A stretch of DNA of 64,000 nt from Pseudomonadota bacterium (GTDB lineage Archaea; Thermoplasmatota; SW-10-69-26; JACQPN01; JAJPHT01). This document shows, in pieces, positions 23,201 to 32,559 of the stretch (the first letter of the stretch is position 1; each line of letters opens with the position of its first letter). The position numbers and the translations under genes are program-made. The notes beneath the pieces were generated by a model. That model saw nothing but the letters and a program-made list of their open reading frames with translations. It was not told the DNA's origin and made no database searches. Location: NCBI GenBank assembly GCA_021325135.1, contig JAJPHT010000046.1, forward strand, positions 96,001 to 160,000. The letters are read 5' to 3'.

Positions 23201-24697
23201 TTGACGAGCGCCTACGTCCGGTCCCTGCGCGCCGACCCGACGCGCTTCGTGGACCCCTACCTCGCCGCCATCGCCGCCGGGGGCGCCCTGGTCCTGGCCG
23301 TGGCCCTGTGGACCCTGGGCGCGAGCGCGCCCGGCGTCGACCTGCCGCGCTGGGTCCTCCTGGCGGGCCTCGCCGCGTCCTCGTGGCTCATCCTCAACCG
23401 GCTCATCCTCTTCGACTGGCGCGGACAACGCATCGCGCTGGGCCCCGACGAGGTGCTCGTCTTCCTCGCCCTCCTTGCGCTGCCTCTGCCTCTCGTGGTC
23501 CTCTTCGCCGTGCCCTCCATGGCGGCCTACCAGGTGAAGACGCGGCGGCCGCTGCTGAAGGGCGCGGCCAACGTCGCCGTGCTCCTCCTGGCGGGCGGCG
23601 CGTGCGTCTCCACCTTCGCCCTCCTGCGGCTCGCCCTCCCGCCCCTTGTCGCCATCTGCCTCGCGATCCCCGCCTACACCTTCACGACGCACCTCCTCGT
23701 CTCCAGCGTCTTCTCGCTGCGCGAGCGCGTGAAGGTCCACGTCGTCTTCGGCGAGCGCTTCTGGGTCCCGACGCTCCTCCACGTCGCGCTGGGCGTCTGC
23801 GGCGGGCTCGCGGTGTGGGCGCTCTGGAACGTGCATCCCCTCGCCGTCGCCGCGCTGGCGCCCTTCGCCTACCTCGCCCGCGAGCACGTGGGCCTCGTCG
23901 CGCGCACCGAGCGCGAGGCCCTCGTGCAGAAGCGCCTGAGCGAGATGACGCGCGCGCTCGTGGGCGAGCAGGACCTCGACCGCGCCGCCGAGCGCATCCT
24001 GGAGACGTGTGGCGACGTCTTCCACGCGGGACGCACGACGCTCGTCATCGAGTCCGAAGGGCGCGAGCGGCGCTGGAGCCGCGAGTTCGAAGGCGGCGCC
24101 AGCGCCGAGCCCCCCATGGCCGCCACGCTGGAAGGACCGGGCGGAGAGAAGATGGGCGCGCTGGTCATCCACGCGAACCGGCAGAGCCACGCGCGCTTCG
24201 CCGACGTGGACCGCGACCTCCTCGCCATCGTCGCGGCCGAAACGGCGGCCACCATCGCCAACGCGCGCGCCCTGCACGAGCTCGCCGCCGCCCGCGAGCG
24301 CCTCGTCTCCTCCCGCGTCGCGCGCCCCCTGGTGCGACGCATCGTGCGCTCCATCATGGAGGAGACCCACGCCGACGCCACCTCGCTGCTCCGGCTGGGC
24401 GAATCCCTCGCGCGCACCGCCGACGCGCAGGACATGGACGCCTTCGCCCGCGCCTACGCCGAGATGGGACTGGGCACCATCGAGACGGTGGCGGCCGAGG
24501 GCGGCCAGTACGAGTTCGTGGGCGTCGACCTCTTCGAGAAGTCGCCCGGCTCGCGCGCGACGACGTGCTATCTCGCGCTGGGCTACGCCGCGGGCGCCGT
24601 CTCGCGCCTCCACCACGACGCGCCCACCAAGGGGGCCGAGGTGACGTGCGAGTCGCGCGGGGACGCACGGTGCCGGTTCGTGGTGCACGTCAAGTAG
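23201..24697 (+). CDS. Membrane sensor: multi-TM domain, GAF-like domain and C-terminal V4R domain
   Basis: About 7 TM helices; F...DRDLL..VA...A..I.NAR GAF end; C...LG...G and E..C...GD..C.F V4R signature. Confidence 0.75.
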   Translation: MTSAYVRSLRADPTRFVDPYLAAIAAGGALVLAVALWTLGASAPGVDLPRWVLLAGLAASSWLILNRLILFDWRGQRIALGPDEVLVFLALLALPLPLVVLFAVPSMAAYQVKTRRPLLKGAANVAVLLLAGGACVSTFALLRLALPPLVAICLAIPAYTFTTHLLVSSVFSLRERVKVHVVFGERFWVPTLLHVALGVCGGLAVWALWNVHPLAVAALAPFAYLAREHVGLVARTEREALVQKRLSEMTRALVGEQDLDRAAERILETCGDVFHAGRTTLVIESEGRERRWSREFEGGASAEPPMAATLEGPGGEKMGALVIHANRQSHARFADVDRDLLAIVAAETAATIANARALHELAAARERLVSSRVARPLVRRIVRSIMEETHADATSLLRLGESLARTADAQDMDAFARAYAEMGLGTIETVAAEGGQYEFVGVDLFEKSPGSRATTCYLALGYAAGAVSRLHHDAPTKGAEVTCESRGDARCRFVVHVK

Positions 24698-24802
24698 CGA
24701 CCGGCCGGGTCTGGGCGGGTCGGCGCGGCCGGCTGGAGATCACCCAAGGTCCGGGCTCTTGGAGCCGCATGGCCTCGGGTGCGCCCACCCGGACGCAGGT
24801 GC

Positions 24803-24845
24803 GCGCACCTGCGCCTACCTCCGCTCAAAGTCGAACCCGTCAACC
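24803..24845. repeat. Dispersed 43-bp repeat, copy 2; overlaps a perfect 20-bp palindrome (24794..24813)
   Basis: Reverse complement of 16205..16247 with one mismatch; CGCAGGTGCG/CGCACCTGCG. Confidence 0.85.
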
Positions 24846-24991
24846 CAAGTCGTGTCGCTCGCGCCCCGACCACGGCCACTTTTCCGGGCCCAATTCCTTC
24901 AGATGCCCCAAAAAGCGGACCGCTGCCCCGGTGCAGAACCACCCAATCAAAAAAACGCGCCAAGGGTTCCCAAGGCGCAGGTCCCAGCGTC

Positions 24992-25249
24992 TCAGACCTG
25001 GAGCACCGGCGTCGTGGTGCATGTGAACGTCACCGAGAGGTCGGTGGACTCGGAGGCGGTGCAGTCGTAGACGATGACGCTCAGGACGCAGGCGGGGCCT
25101 CCGGGGCGCACGTCGTTGTAGCCGACGAGGGCGACGGTCTGGCCCTCGACGACGATGGGCTGGCTTGCGCAGCGCGCGGAGGCGGTGGGCGCTGCGAGGA
25201 GGCTCGCCAAGGGCAGGGCCAGGAGCAGGCAGGCGACGAGGAGCTTCAT
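24992..25249 (-). CDS. Small secreted protein (85 aa, 4 Cys in mature part)
   Basis: Signal peptide ending LAAPTASA; GAGG site upstream. Confidence 0.7.
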   Translation of the reverse strand: MKLLVACLLLALPLASLLAAPTASARCASQPIVVEGQTVALVGYNDVRPGGPACVLSVIVYDCTASESTDLSVTFTCTTTPVLQV

Positions 25250-25259
25250 GGTCAGCGCC

Positions 25260-25445
25260 TCACTCCAGGCAGGGCTGCTTGAGCGCGCGGCAGGGGATGC
25301 CGCACGGGTCGGTCCACTGGTGCGTGAGGGGGTCGTACACGACGAAGGCGCACTCCGAGGCGGACGCGGTGGGCGCGGCCAGGTCCACGAGGGCCACGCC
25401 GCCCAGGATGACGAGGGCGGCCATGAGGACGATGCGGGGGTTCAT
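25260..25445 (-). CDS. Small secreted peptide (61 aa, 4 Cys in mature part)
   Basis: MNPRIVLMAALVILGG...LAAPTASA signal; GGAGG site upstream. Confidence 0.7.
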   Translation of the reverse strand: MNPRIVLMAALVILGGVALVDLAAPTASASECAFVVYDPLTHQWTDPCGIPCRALKQPCLE

Positions 25446-25535
25446 GTCAACAGCCTCCGGCTTGCTGCCGGCGGGTCCGCATGCCGCGGGGGCACGAAAA
25501 GATTGGCGGGCGCGCACCCGGAGCCCGGCGGAGCT

Positions 25536-26042
25536 TCAGGGCGTCTCGTCCAGGGGCCTCAGGGCGACGTACACGTCCCGCTCCTCTTCGCCGGTCAACG
25601 CGTTACTCACGTAGAAGCGCTCCAGCAGGGGGCCTTCCAGGGGGACGCTGCGCTCCATGCCCCATTCCAGGAGGAGCTGGAGCGCCTCGGGGAAGCTCGT
25701 GAGGTCGCCGCGGTAGCGCAGGCCCGCGACGGGCGTGGCAGGGAGGTCGCGCACGCGCAGCGCCGGCAAGGATGGGACCGCGGCCCCGTCCGCGACAGGG
25801 TAGCCCAGGTCTGCGATCCAGCGGTCGGCCTCGCGCTCGCTGAAGGGCATGTCGTGGTAGACGCCGAAGGCGGGGCCCATGCGCTCGATGCCCGCGCGCT
25901 CCAGCGCCTCGGCCACGGCGTCCAGCGCTGCGACGCGCGCCCAGGGCACGTAGGGGCCCCGCACGCGGTGGTGCGCGAATCGGAACGGGGGCAGGGTGGA
26001 GACGGCGGGCTGTGCGAGGAGCTCGAAGCCCAGGTCGGCCAC
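25536..26042 (-). CDS. GyrI-like small-molecule-binding domain protein
   Basis: GPAFGVYHD, LGYPV, LPAT.VA.L.YRG, L.EW, GP.LER.Y. Confidence 0.78.
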   Translation of the reverse strand: MADLGFELLAQPAVSTLPPFRFAHHRVRGPYVPWARVAALDAVAEALERAGIERMGPAFGVYHDMPFSEREADRWIADLGYPVADGAAVPSLPALRVRDLPATPVAGLRYRGDLTSFPEALQLLLEWGMERSVPLEGPLLERFYVSNALTGEEERDVYVALRPLDETP

Positions 26043-26082
26043 GCGCGGCGATGGGCGCGGGGCTCGCATAACGCTTGTCGCC

Positions 26083-26511
26083 TCAAGCCTCGGGCTCGGC
26101 GCCCTCCCGGGCCGCGTCCGCGAGGGTGAGCAGCCGCTCCTTCGTCTCGTCCACCTCGCCCAGGGCCTCGCGGACGCGCCTCGTGGCGGCGCCTGCGGCC
26201 TGGGCCGTCTCGGGCTCGTCGGCGATGGCGTCTTGCCTCGCGCGGACGTGGGACGTCACCGAGTCCACCGTGCGGTGGATGGCCTCGGTGGCCTCCTCCC
26301 CCTCGCTGATGGCCGCGTCGATGTGGTGGTCGGCCGCCTGCGCCACCTCGCCCAGCGCCGCGCGCAGCCGCGAGAGGCGGTTGTGAAGCTCCGTCGCGAT
26401 GAGGCTGCAGTCGAAGCGGCGATGGCTTCCGTCGGAGGTCGCGAGGAGCTGGATGAGGTCGTCGTCGGAGAGGTGGGGCAGGAAGTCGGCGGGCCGCTCG
26501 CCTGCGGCCAT
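26083..26511 (-). CDS. Hypothetical helical/coiled-coil protein
   Basis: Tail of a long ORF with Ala/Glu-rich helical composition; fills the gap between neighbours. Confidence 0.45.
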   Translation of the reverse strand: MAAGERPADFLPHLSDDDLIQLLATSDGSHRRFDCSLIATELHNRLSRLRAALGEVAQAADHHIDAAISEGEEATEAIHRTVDSVTSHVRARQDAIADEPETAQAAGAATRRVREALGEVDETKERLLTLADAAREGAEPEA

Positions 26512-26655
26512 GGCGGCGTCCCAACGCCGCCAGCGGATCTCGCTCCGGAGCATGAGACCCCCATGGCGCGGACTCGGCTTGGCCTTGCGGACGGCCCGGC
26601 GCCTCCTTGCCAGTCCGCTCGCAACGTTGATGCCCGCGCCGAGGGTGGAGCGGCC

Positions 26656-28665
26656 GTGAAGCTCCGGTACCGCAGGGTCGGGGACCGGCTCTACGTCCGG
26701 ATCGCGGACGACGTGCCCGACGAGTCGCGCGTCTGGAAAAGCCTCCAGATGATGGGCGCGCCCGTGGAGGTCGACCGCGACCCGCGCGCCCTCTCGTGGT
26801 CGCGCTACGTGAAGGAAGGCGCCTTCGCGAAGCTCCAGAAGGCGGCAGGGCTTCTGCGCGCGACGCTGGAGCCGGAGCCGGGCGAGGCGCCCCTCGTCGC
26901 GGGCCGCAGCGGCGAGGCCTACGCGCGCGAGCGCCCTGTGGACGTGCCCGCCCTCATGCGCCTCCTGGACGCGGGCGAGCCCGCCGAGGCGCTCGCGGCC
27001 CTGCGCGCGGGGCGCACCGACCTCGCGGTGTGGGCGCGCTCGCGGCCCGAGTTCGCGGCCGAGTCGAAGCGCGACCTGCGCGCCCTGGACGAGGCCATCG
27101 ACCGCCTCAAGGCGCGCGAGCGGGAGGCCGAGAAGGCGGCCGCGGCGGACGAGGCGCGGGAGATCAGCCAGGCCCTCCGCGGCGTCAGCGCGGACGACCT
27201 CTGGAAGGCGAAGAACGAGCTGGTGGCGCTCAAGAAGCGCGCCGACGCCTTCGAGAAGCGCGCCGTCGTCGAGGCCAAGCTTCCTGATATCATCCCCGGC
27301 TTCCGCGGCCGGCTGCGCCCCTACCAGGCGGAGGGCGTGCGCTTCCTCGCGGGGCGCGACCTCTCCGCCATCCTCGCCGACGAGATGGGCCTGGGCAAGA
27401 CCGTCATGACCATCGCCGCGACGCTCGCGCGCGACGCCCGCGCGCTGGTGGTCGGCCCCGCCAACGTCCTCTACAACTGGGCCGACGAGGTGGAGCGCTT
27501 CACCGACGAGGTGCCCCTGGTGTACCACCAGCAGCGCTGGATCGGCAACGAGCGCGGCCGCTTCCTCCTCACCACCTACGACGCGCTGCGCAACCTCGAC
27601 CCCGCGCACCCGCAGGTGGCGGGCCGCGACGTGCTGATCCTCGACGAGGCGCACTACATCCGCAACCCCGAGACGCAGCGCGCCCGCCTCGTGAAGGCGC
27701 TCCCGCAGCGCCGCAGGCTCCTCCTCACCGGCACGCCCCTGGTCAACGGCATCGACGACTACTACGAGCTTCTGGAGCAGGTGGACCACGGCCGCTTCCA
27801 GAGCCGCGCCGAGTTCAGCCGCACCTGGAAGGTCGACGCCTCCCTCTTCAACCGCTACGGCGCCGTGCGCAACCTCGCCGCCGACTTCCTCCAGAAGGCC
27901 ACACGCGACGTGCTGCTGCGCCGCCGCAAGGACGAGGTGCTGGCCGAGCTTCCCCCGCGCACCATCGTCGTCACCAAGCACGAGATGGAGCCGGGCGACG
28001 AGCGCGTCTACCGCGGCCTGGAGGCCAAGGCCGTGGAGACGATGCAGAAGGCGCAGAGCGACGTCGCCATCTTCGCCGCCATCCACTCCCTGCGCCACCA
28101 CCTTGCCATGACGCGCGTCGCGGCCGTGAAGGAGCGCGTGCAGGAGCTTCTGGAGGCCGACGAGAGCGTCGTCGTCTACAGCCACTACCTCGACCCCCTG
28201 CGCAAGCTCCAGGAGGCCTTTCCCCGGGTGGCCGCCACGCTGGACGGCTCCACGCCGCCCAAGCGCCGCCAGGAGCTGGCCAAGACGTTCGGCGCCGAAG
28301 GCGGCCCGCGCGTGCTCCTCGCGCAGATGGAAGCGGGCGGCATCGGCCTCAACTTCACCGGGGGCCGCTTCGTGCTCTTCCTCCACCTGGGCTGGACGCC
28401 CGCCGTCCACGCGCAGGCCATGGACCGCGTCCACCGCATCGGCCAGGACCGCCCCGTGCAAGTGGAGTTCTTCGTGACGCCCGACACCATCGACGAGCGC
28501 ATGGTGAAGATCCTCCTGCGCAAGGAGGCTGACCAGAACCTGGTGCTGGCGGAGGAGAGCAACACCTTCAACCGCAGCGAGATCGCCAAGCTCCTCGCGG
28601 AGGACGCGCGCGAGCGCGCCGAGCGCGAGAAGCTTGTCGCGTTCGGGGCGGAGCGCTCCTCTTAG
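26656..28665 (+). CDS. SNF2-family helicase/ATPase
   Basis: LRPYQ.EG, ILADEMGLGKT, ILDEAHYIRN, LLTGTP..N, AGG.GLN, QA.DRVHRIGQ. Confidence 0.92.
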   Translation: MKLRYRRVGDRLYVRIADDVPDESRVWKSLQMMGAPVEVDRDPRALSWSRYVKEGAFAKLQKAAGLLRATLEPEPGEAPLVAGRSGEAYARERPVDVPALMRLLDAGEPAEALAALRAGRTDLAVWARSRPEFAAESKRDLRALDEAIDRLKAREREAEKAAAADEAREISQALRGVSADDLWKAKNELVALKKRADAFEKRAVVEAKLPDIIPGFRGRLRPYQAEGVRFLAGRDLSAILADEMGLGKTVMTIAATLARDARALVVGPANVLYNWADEVERFTDEVPLVYHQQRWIGNERGRFLLTTYDALRNLDPAHPQVAGRDVLILDEAHYIRNPETQRARLVKALPQRRRLLLTGTPLVNGIDDYYELLEQVDHGRFQSRAEFSRTWKVDASLFNRYGAVRNLAADFLQKATRDVLLRRRKDEVLAELPPRTIVVTKHEMEPGDERVYRGLEAKAVETMQKAQSDVAIFAAIHSLRHHLAMTRVAAVKERVQELLEADESVVVYSHYLDPLRKLQEAFPRVAATLDGSTPPKRRQELAKTFGAEGGPRVLLAQMEAGGIGLNFTGGRFVLFLHLGWTPAVHAQAMDRVHRIGQDRPVQVEFFVTPDTIDERMVKILLRKEADQNLVLAEESNTFNRSEIAKLLAEDARERAEREKLVAFGAERSS

Positions 28666-28738
28666 GGCAAGGGGGCGGGAACGAGGGGACGGCCCCCGAC
28701 GAGGCACGTGCCGCCACATGGCGCCAGGTGTTGCCGGC

Positions 28739-28766
28739 TGGCGCCAGGCGTGCACGCCTGGCGCCA
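28739..28766. repeat. Perfect 28-bp palindrome in an intergenic region
   Basis: TGGCGCCAGGCGTG/CACGCCTGGCGCCA, with a third TGGCGCCAGG unit just upstream. Confidence 0.75.
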
Positions 28767-28899
28767 CCCGGCCGTACCCGTTCCACACTTCTGTTCATCC
28801 TCCCGCCCTCCACGAGGTCGTCCAACGCGCCCTCCGCGGCCCAGCGCGCCGGTCGGCAACGTCTTGCCCCCGAACGAGGGTGCCCTTCCCGGTGACCCC

Positions 28900-29079
28900 A
28901 TGAAGATCGCCATCCTCGCCCTCGCCCTCTGCCTCGCCGCCGTCGTCGCCGCCCCCGCCGCCGTCGCGGAGGCGGGCGCCCAGGCCCCGGACTTCGTCTG
29001 CGCGGACAACCTCGCGGGCCACCTCGTCTGCTTCGTCGTCTCCGTGGCCTGCCCCGGCTGCTTCGACGTCGCGCTCTGA
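28900..29079 (+). CDS. Small secreted peptide (59 aa, 4 Cys in mature part)
   Basis: MKIAILALALCLAAVVAAPAAVA signal; mature C...C...CPGC. Confidence 0.65.
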   Translation: MKIAILALALCLAAVVAAPAAVAEAGAQAPDFVCADNLAGHLVCFVVSVACPGCFDVAL

Positions 29080-29082
29080 GGC

Positions 29083-30108
29083 TCAGCCCGGGAACTCCTG
29101 GCGCACCGCGGGCGCGACCTCGGTGCCCAGGATCTCCACGGCCCGCGCGACCTTGGCATAGGGCATGCCGCCCCAGTCCATCTGGAGCATGAGGCGGTCG
29201 ATGCCCAGCACCTCGCGCTCCCAGCGGATCTTCTCGATGGCCTCCTTGGCGTCGCCCGCGAACACGGCGCCGCGGGGGCCCATCTCGGCCTCGAACGCCT
29301 CGCGGGGCACGTCGCGCGGCGGGAAGCGGTTCTTCAGCCCCTTGCGCATGAGGTCCAGCCAGCGCGCGGCGTAGTCCTCCTTGGCCTGCCGCGCGTCGTC
29401 GGCCAGGAGGCCGTGGCTGGAGACGGCGAGCCGCGTCGTCCGGTGCCCCGCCTGCGCGGCGGCGCGGCGGTAGAGGCTGGCGAGGCCGGCGAAGCGCGCG
29501 GGCCCGCCCAGGATGGCGATGTTCATGGGAAGGCCCAGGCGGCCCGCCCGGATCGCGCTCTCGGGCGTGCCGCCCACGCCGATCCAGATGGGGAGCGGCC
29601 GCTCGGGGCGCGGCGAGACCTCCGCGTCGTGGAGCGCGGGCCGGTGGCGGCCCTCCCACGTGACGCGCTCGCTGCGGTTGATCTCCAGGAGGAGGTCCAA
29701 TTTCTCGGCGAAGAGGGAGTCGTAGTCGTGGAGGTCGTAGCCGAAGAGGGCGAAGCTCTCCACGAACGAGCCGCGGCCCACGAGCAGCTCCGCGCGGCCG
29801 TTTGATAGCAGGTCCAGCGTGGCGAAGTCCTCGAAGACGCGCACGGGGTCCAGCGTGTTGAGCAGGGTGGTGGCGGGAGAGAGCTTGATGCGGGTGGTGG
29901 CCTCGGCGCAGGCGGCCAGCACGACGGGGGGCGATGAGATGGCCATGTCAAGGCGGTGGTGCTCGCCCACGGCGAACACGTCGAGGCCCACCTCGTCGGC
30001 GAGCTTGGCGAAGCGCACGGTGTCGCGCAGCTTCTCCCGCGCGGTGGTGGTCTTCCCGGTGACGGGGTCGGGGAAGGTGTCGCCGAAGGTGTAGAGGCCG
30101 ATCTCCAT
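29083..30108 (-). CDS. LLM-class flavin-dependent oxidoreductase (luciferase-like)
   Basis: VGEHH, DPVRV.EDFATLDLLS.GR, GRGSF.ESF.LFG, WIGVGGTPES. Confidence 0.9.
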   Translation of the reverse strand: MEIGLYTFGDTFPDPVTGKTTTAREKLRDTVRFAKLADEVGLDVFAVGEHHRLDMAISSPPVVLAACAEATTRIKLSPATTLLNTLDPVRVFEDFATLDLLSNGRAELLVGRGSFVESFALFGYDLHDYDSLFAEKLDLLLEINRSERVTWEGRHRPALHDAEVSPRPERPLPIWIGVGGTPESAIRAGRLGLPMNIAILGGPARFAGLASLYRRAAAQAGHRTTRLAVSSHGLLADDARQAKEDYAARWLDLMRKGLKNRFPPRDVPREAFEAEMGPRGAVFAGDAKEAIEKIRWEREVLGIDRLMLQMDWGGMPYAKVARAVEILGTEVAPAVRQEFPG

Positions 30109-30112
30109 GGGA

Positions 30113-30706
30113 TCAGAATCCCAGGGGCTCGCCCACGAGGATGACGTGCGTGCGGCCGGGGCGCGGCTCGCCTTCCAGGAGGACCCACTTGTTGGGGCGC
30201 GAGGCGTACTGCATGGGGCCGCGGTTGACGCGCTCCTGCTCCTGGGGCGCGGCCACGTCGCGGATGCGCCGCATGGCGTCGTGCAGGTCGGGGACCACCT
30301 TGTTCACGCTCGCGACGAGGATGACGCGCTCGGGGCCCGCGACGTAGCCGGCGACGCGGCTGCCGCCGAAGTCGGAGGCCACCAGCACGCCCTCCTCGGT
30401 GATGGCGCCCACGCTGCCCAGGAAGAAGGGGGCCAGCATGGCGCGCATGCGAAGCTCCTGGCGCTTCGCGGGGTCCTGCTCGGCCCACACCTTGGCGCGC
30501 AGGTAGTCCCACTCGCCGGATTTCAGCGCGTCGGTCACGCCGATCTGGTCCAGCGTGGTGCTGGAGCCCGCCATGACGGCGGCGCCGCGGGGGATGCGCT
30601 TCAGGACGGCCTCCTTGGCGGCGGCGCGGTCGGGGGCGTACTCGGCGCTGAAGTGGCGCGCTTCCAGCTGCGGGATGAGCTTCTCGGCGACCTGGGCGGG
30701 GTCCAT
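30113..30706 (-). CDS. LUD-domain protein (LutC/YkgG-like)
   Basis: GSSTTL.QIG, FLGS..AIT..G, D..GSR, GP..VI.V...NK.V, ILV.E.LGF. Confidence 0.85.
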   Translation of the reverse strand: MDPAQVAEKLIPQLEARHFSAEYAPDRAAAKEAVLKRIPRGAAVMAGSSTTLDQIGVTDALKSGEWDYLRAKVWAEQDPAKRQELRMRAMLAPFFLGSVGAITEEGVLVASDFGGSRVAGYVAGPERVILVASVNKVVPDLHDAMRRIRDVAAPQEQERVNRGPMQYASRPNKWVLLEGEPRPGRTHVILVGEPLGF

Positions 30707-30765
30707 CGCGCGACGGTAGGGCCTGCGGCGGGAAAACGTTCCGCTTCCAAGGAGGGAAGCATCGG

Positions 30766-31242
30766 CTACGGGTCCATCTCGGCGAGGAGGTACTCCGGGA
30801 GCTTGATCCCGGCCTTCTCGGTGCGCGAGCGGCTCGCGGGGCGCCACGTGGTGCGCAGCGTGCCCTGGGGCTTGCCTTCGGGGCTCGCGGTGCGCGCTTC
30901 GATGGTGAACGGGTCGGTGGCGACGATGCGCGCGGTGGCGCGCGTCGCGTGGCCCACCCGGGGGAGGCGCTCCTGCTCGAACGCGACGGGCCCGTAGGAG
31001 GTCATGACCTTCCCGCCAAGCTCCAGCGCGGCCCAGTAGGACACCTCGTAGAGGAGCGTGAAGTGGAGGCCCGTGTGGAAGAGGCCCGGCCAGCCCACCT
31101 CGTCCTCGCGCGGCGCGTGCTCCGCCACGACGGAGTCGCCCTCGCGGGCGAAGCGCAGGCGCAGGCCGCGCGCGTGCTGCGGGCCGCAGCCGAAGCAGGG
31201 GTTCTCGCTGGGGTTCTCCAGGGGCGTCATCGGGCGGCGCAT
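30766..31242 (-). CDS. PaaI-like hotdog-fold thioesterase
   Basis: CFGCGP....GLRL, GWPG.FH.G. Confidence 0.75.
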   Translation of the reverse strand: MRRPMTPLENPSENPCFGCGPQHARGLRLRFAREGDSVVAEHAPREDEVGWPGLFHTGLHFTLLYEVSYWAALELGGKVMTSYGPVAFEQERLPRVGHATRATARIVATDPFTIEARTASPEGKPQGTLRTTWRPASRSRTEKAGIKLPEYLLAEMDP

Positions 31243-31254
31243 CGCGTCGGGGGC

Positions 31255-31728
31255 CTAAGGGCTTGCCCCCATGGGTCGCGCGCCCGCCTCGTCCACGGCG
31301 AAGAAGTCGACGCGCCGCGCGGGAAGCTCCAGCAGGGCGACGCTCTTCACCTGCGCGCGGTGCAGCGCGCCGGGGTTCACCACGAGCGTCCCATCGATGG
31401 TCTCGCAGCGGCGCTTGTGCGTGTGCCCGTGGAGCGCCACGCCGACGCGGCCGATGGCGGCGCGCAGCGGGGCGGGGACGTGGCCGTGGGCGGCGAACAC
31501 CTCGACGCCCGCCAGCGTGGACTGCCACGAGTCGGGGAGCGCGTGCCCAAGGTCGTTGTTGCCGCGCACCGCCTGCACGGGGAGCCCTTCCAGGAGCGCC
31601 AGCGTCTCGGGCTCGCACACGTCGCCCAGGTGCAGCACGAGGTCCACCTGCCGCTCGCGGAAGAACGCGGCCGCGACGCGCACCAGGGGCTCGTTGTCGT
31701 GGGTGTCGCTCACGAGGCCGATCCTCAC
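31255..31728 (-). CDS. YfcE-family metallophosphoesterase
   Basis: SDTHDN, HLGD, RGNND, HGH, HGHTH, NPG; GTG overlaps the truA stop. Confidence 0.88.
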   Translation of the reverse strand: MRIGLVSDTHDNEPLVRVAAAFFRERQVDLVLHLGDVCEPETLALLEGLPVQAVRGNNDLGHALPDSWQSTLAGVEVFAAHGHVPAPLRAAIGRVGVALHGHTHKRRCETIDGTLVVNPGALHRAQVKSVALLELPARRVDFFAVDEAGARPMGASP

Positions 31729-32504
31729 GCGTCGCCCTCCAGCATCGCGCGGGTGAGCGCAAGGGCCTGCTGCTGCGCCTCCACGCGGGCGCGCAGGCGC
31801 GAGAGGACGCGGAGGGGCGCGGGCGTCCACGAGAGGCCCTCGTATTCGACGTCCACCAGCAGGAGCCCCTCGGGGGGCGCGGTGCCCAGGTCGGCGGGCT
31901 TCGCGGCGCGCAGCGCGTCGGCGATGGCGCCGGCCTTGATCTCGCCCTCCGCCTCGCGGCGCGCGGCCTCCACCATGCGGCGCACCTGGTTCCAGAGGAA
32001 CGACTCGCCCACGACGTCCACCACCACGAGGCCCCCCTGCGCTCGGGCCGCGACGGAGAAGACGGTGCGCTCCGGGTTGACGCCGGGCTCCAGGCGGCAG
32101 AACGCGGTGAAGTCGTGCGTGCCCACGAAGGGCTGGAGCGCGGAGGCGACCGCGTCGGCGCCGGCCCGCGTGCGGAGGAAGTAGCGGTAGCGCCGGCGGC
32201 GCGCGTGACGCGGCTCGAAGGAGTCGTCCACCGGCGCGAGGGCCCACGCCCAGGCGTCCTCCATGGCGAAGGTGAGCGCGGGGAGAAGCGAGTCCTCCGG
32301 GTGCGACGTCTCCAGCGCGACGACGTTGCCCCGCGCCGAGACGCCCGCGTCGGTGCGCCCCGCCCACCGCATGGTGGCGGGCGCCGCCGGGTCCAGCGAG
32401 GCCAGGGCGCGCGCGACCTCGGAATGCACGGTGCGGACGCCGGGCTGCACCTGGCTCCCCGCGAAGCGCGCGCCGTCGTAGGCGACCTTCAGCGCGTAGC
32501 GCAC
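31725..32504 (-). CDS. truA: tRNA pseudouridine(38-40) synthase
   Basis: AYDG..F.GSQ.QP, AGRTDAGVSA, R.YRY, GTHDF, FLWNQVRR. Confidence 0.92.
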   Translation of the reverse strand: MRYALKVAYDGARFAGSQVQPGVRTVHSEVARALASLDPAAPATMRWAGRTDAGVSARGNVVALETSHPEDSLLPALTFAMEDAWAWALAPVDDSFEPRHARRRRYRYFLRTRAGADAVASALQPFVGTHDFTAFCRLEPGVNPERTVFSVAARAQGGLVVVDVVGESFLWNQVRRMVEAARREAEGEIKAGAIADALRAAKPADLGTAPPEGLLLVDVEYEGLSWTPAPLRVLSRLRARVEAQQQALALTRAMLEGDA

Positions 32505-32559
32505 ACGGCGCCCACGCCCTCCCGCAACAAATAGGAGCCTCCCCCGCCTTCCGCGCGCC

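Noticed and set aside
16205-24845. Composite transposon
   Set aside because: No transposase, no visible target-site duplication, and host-like cargo
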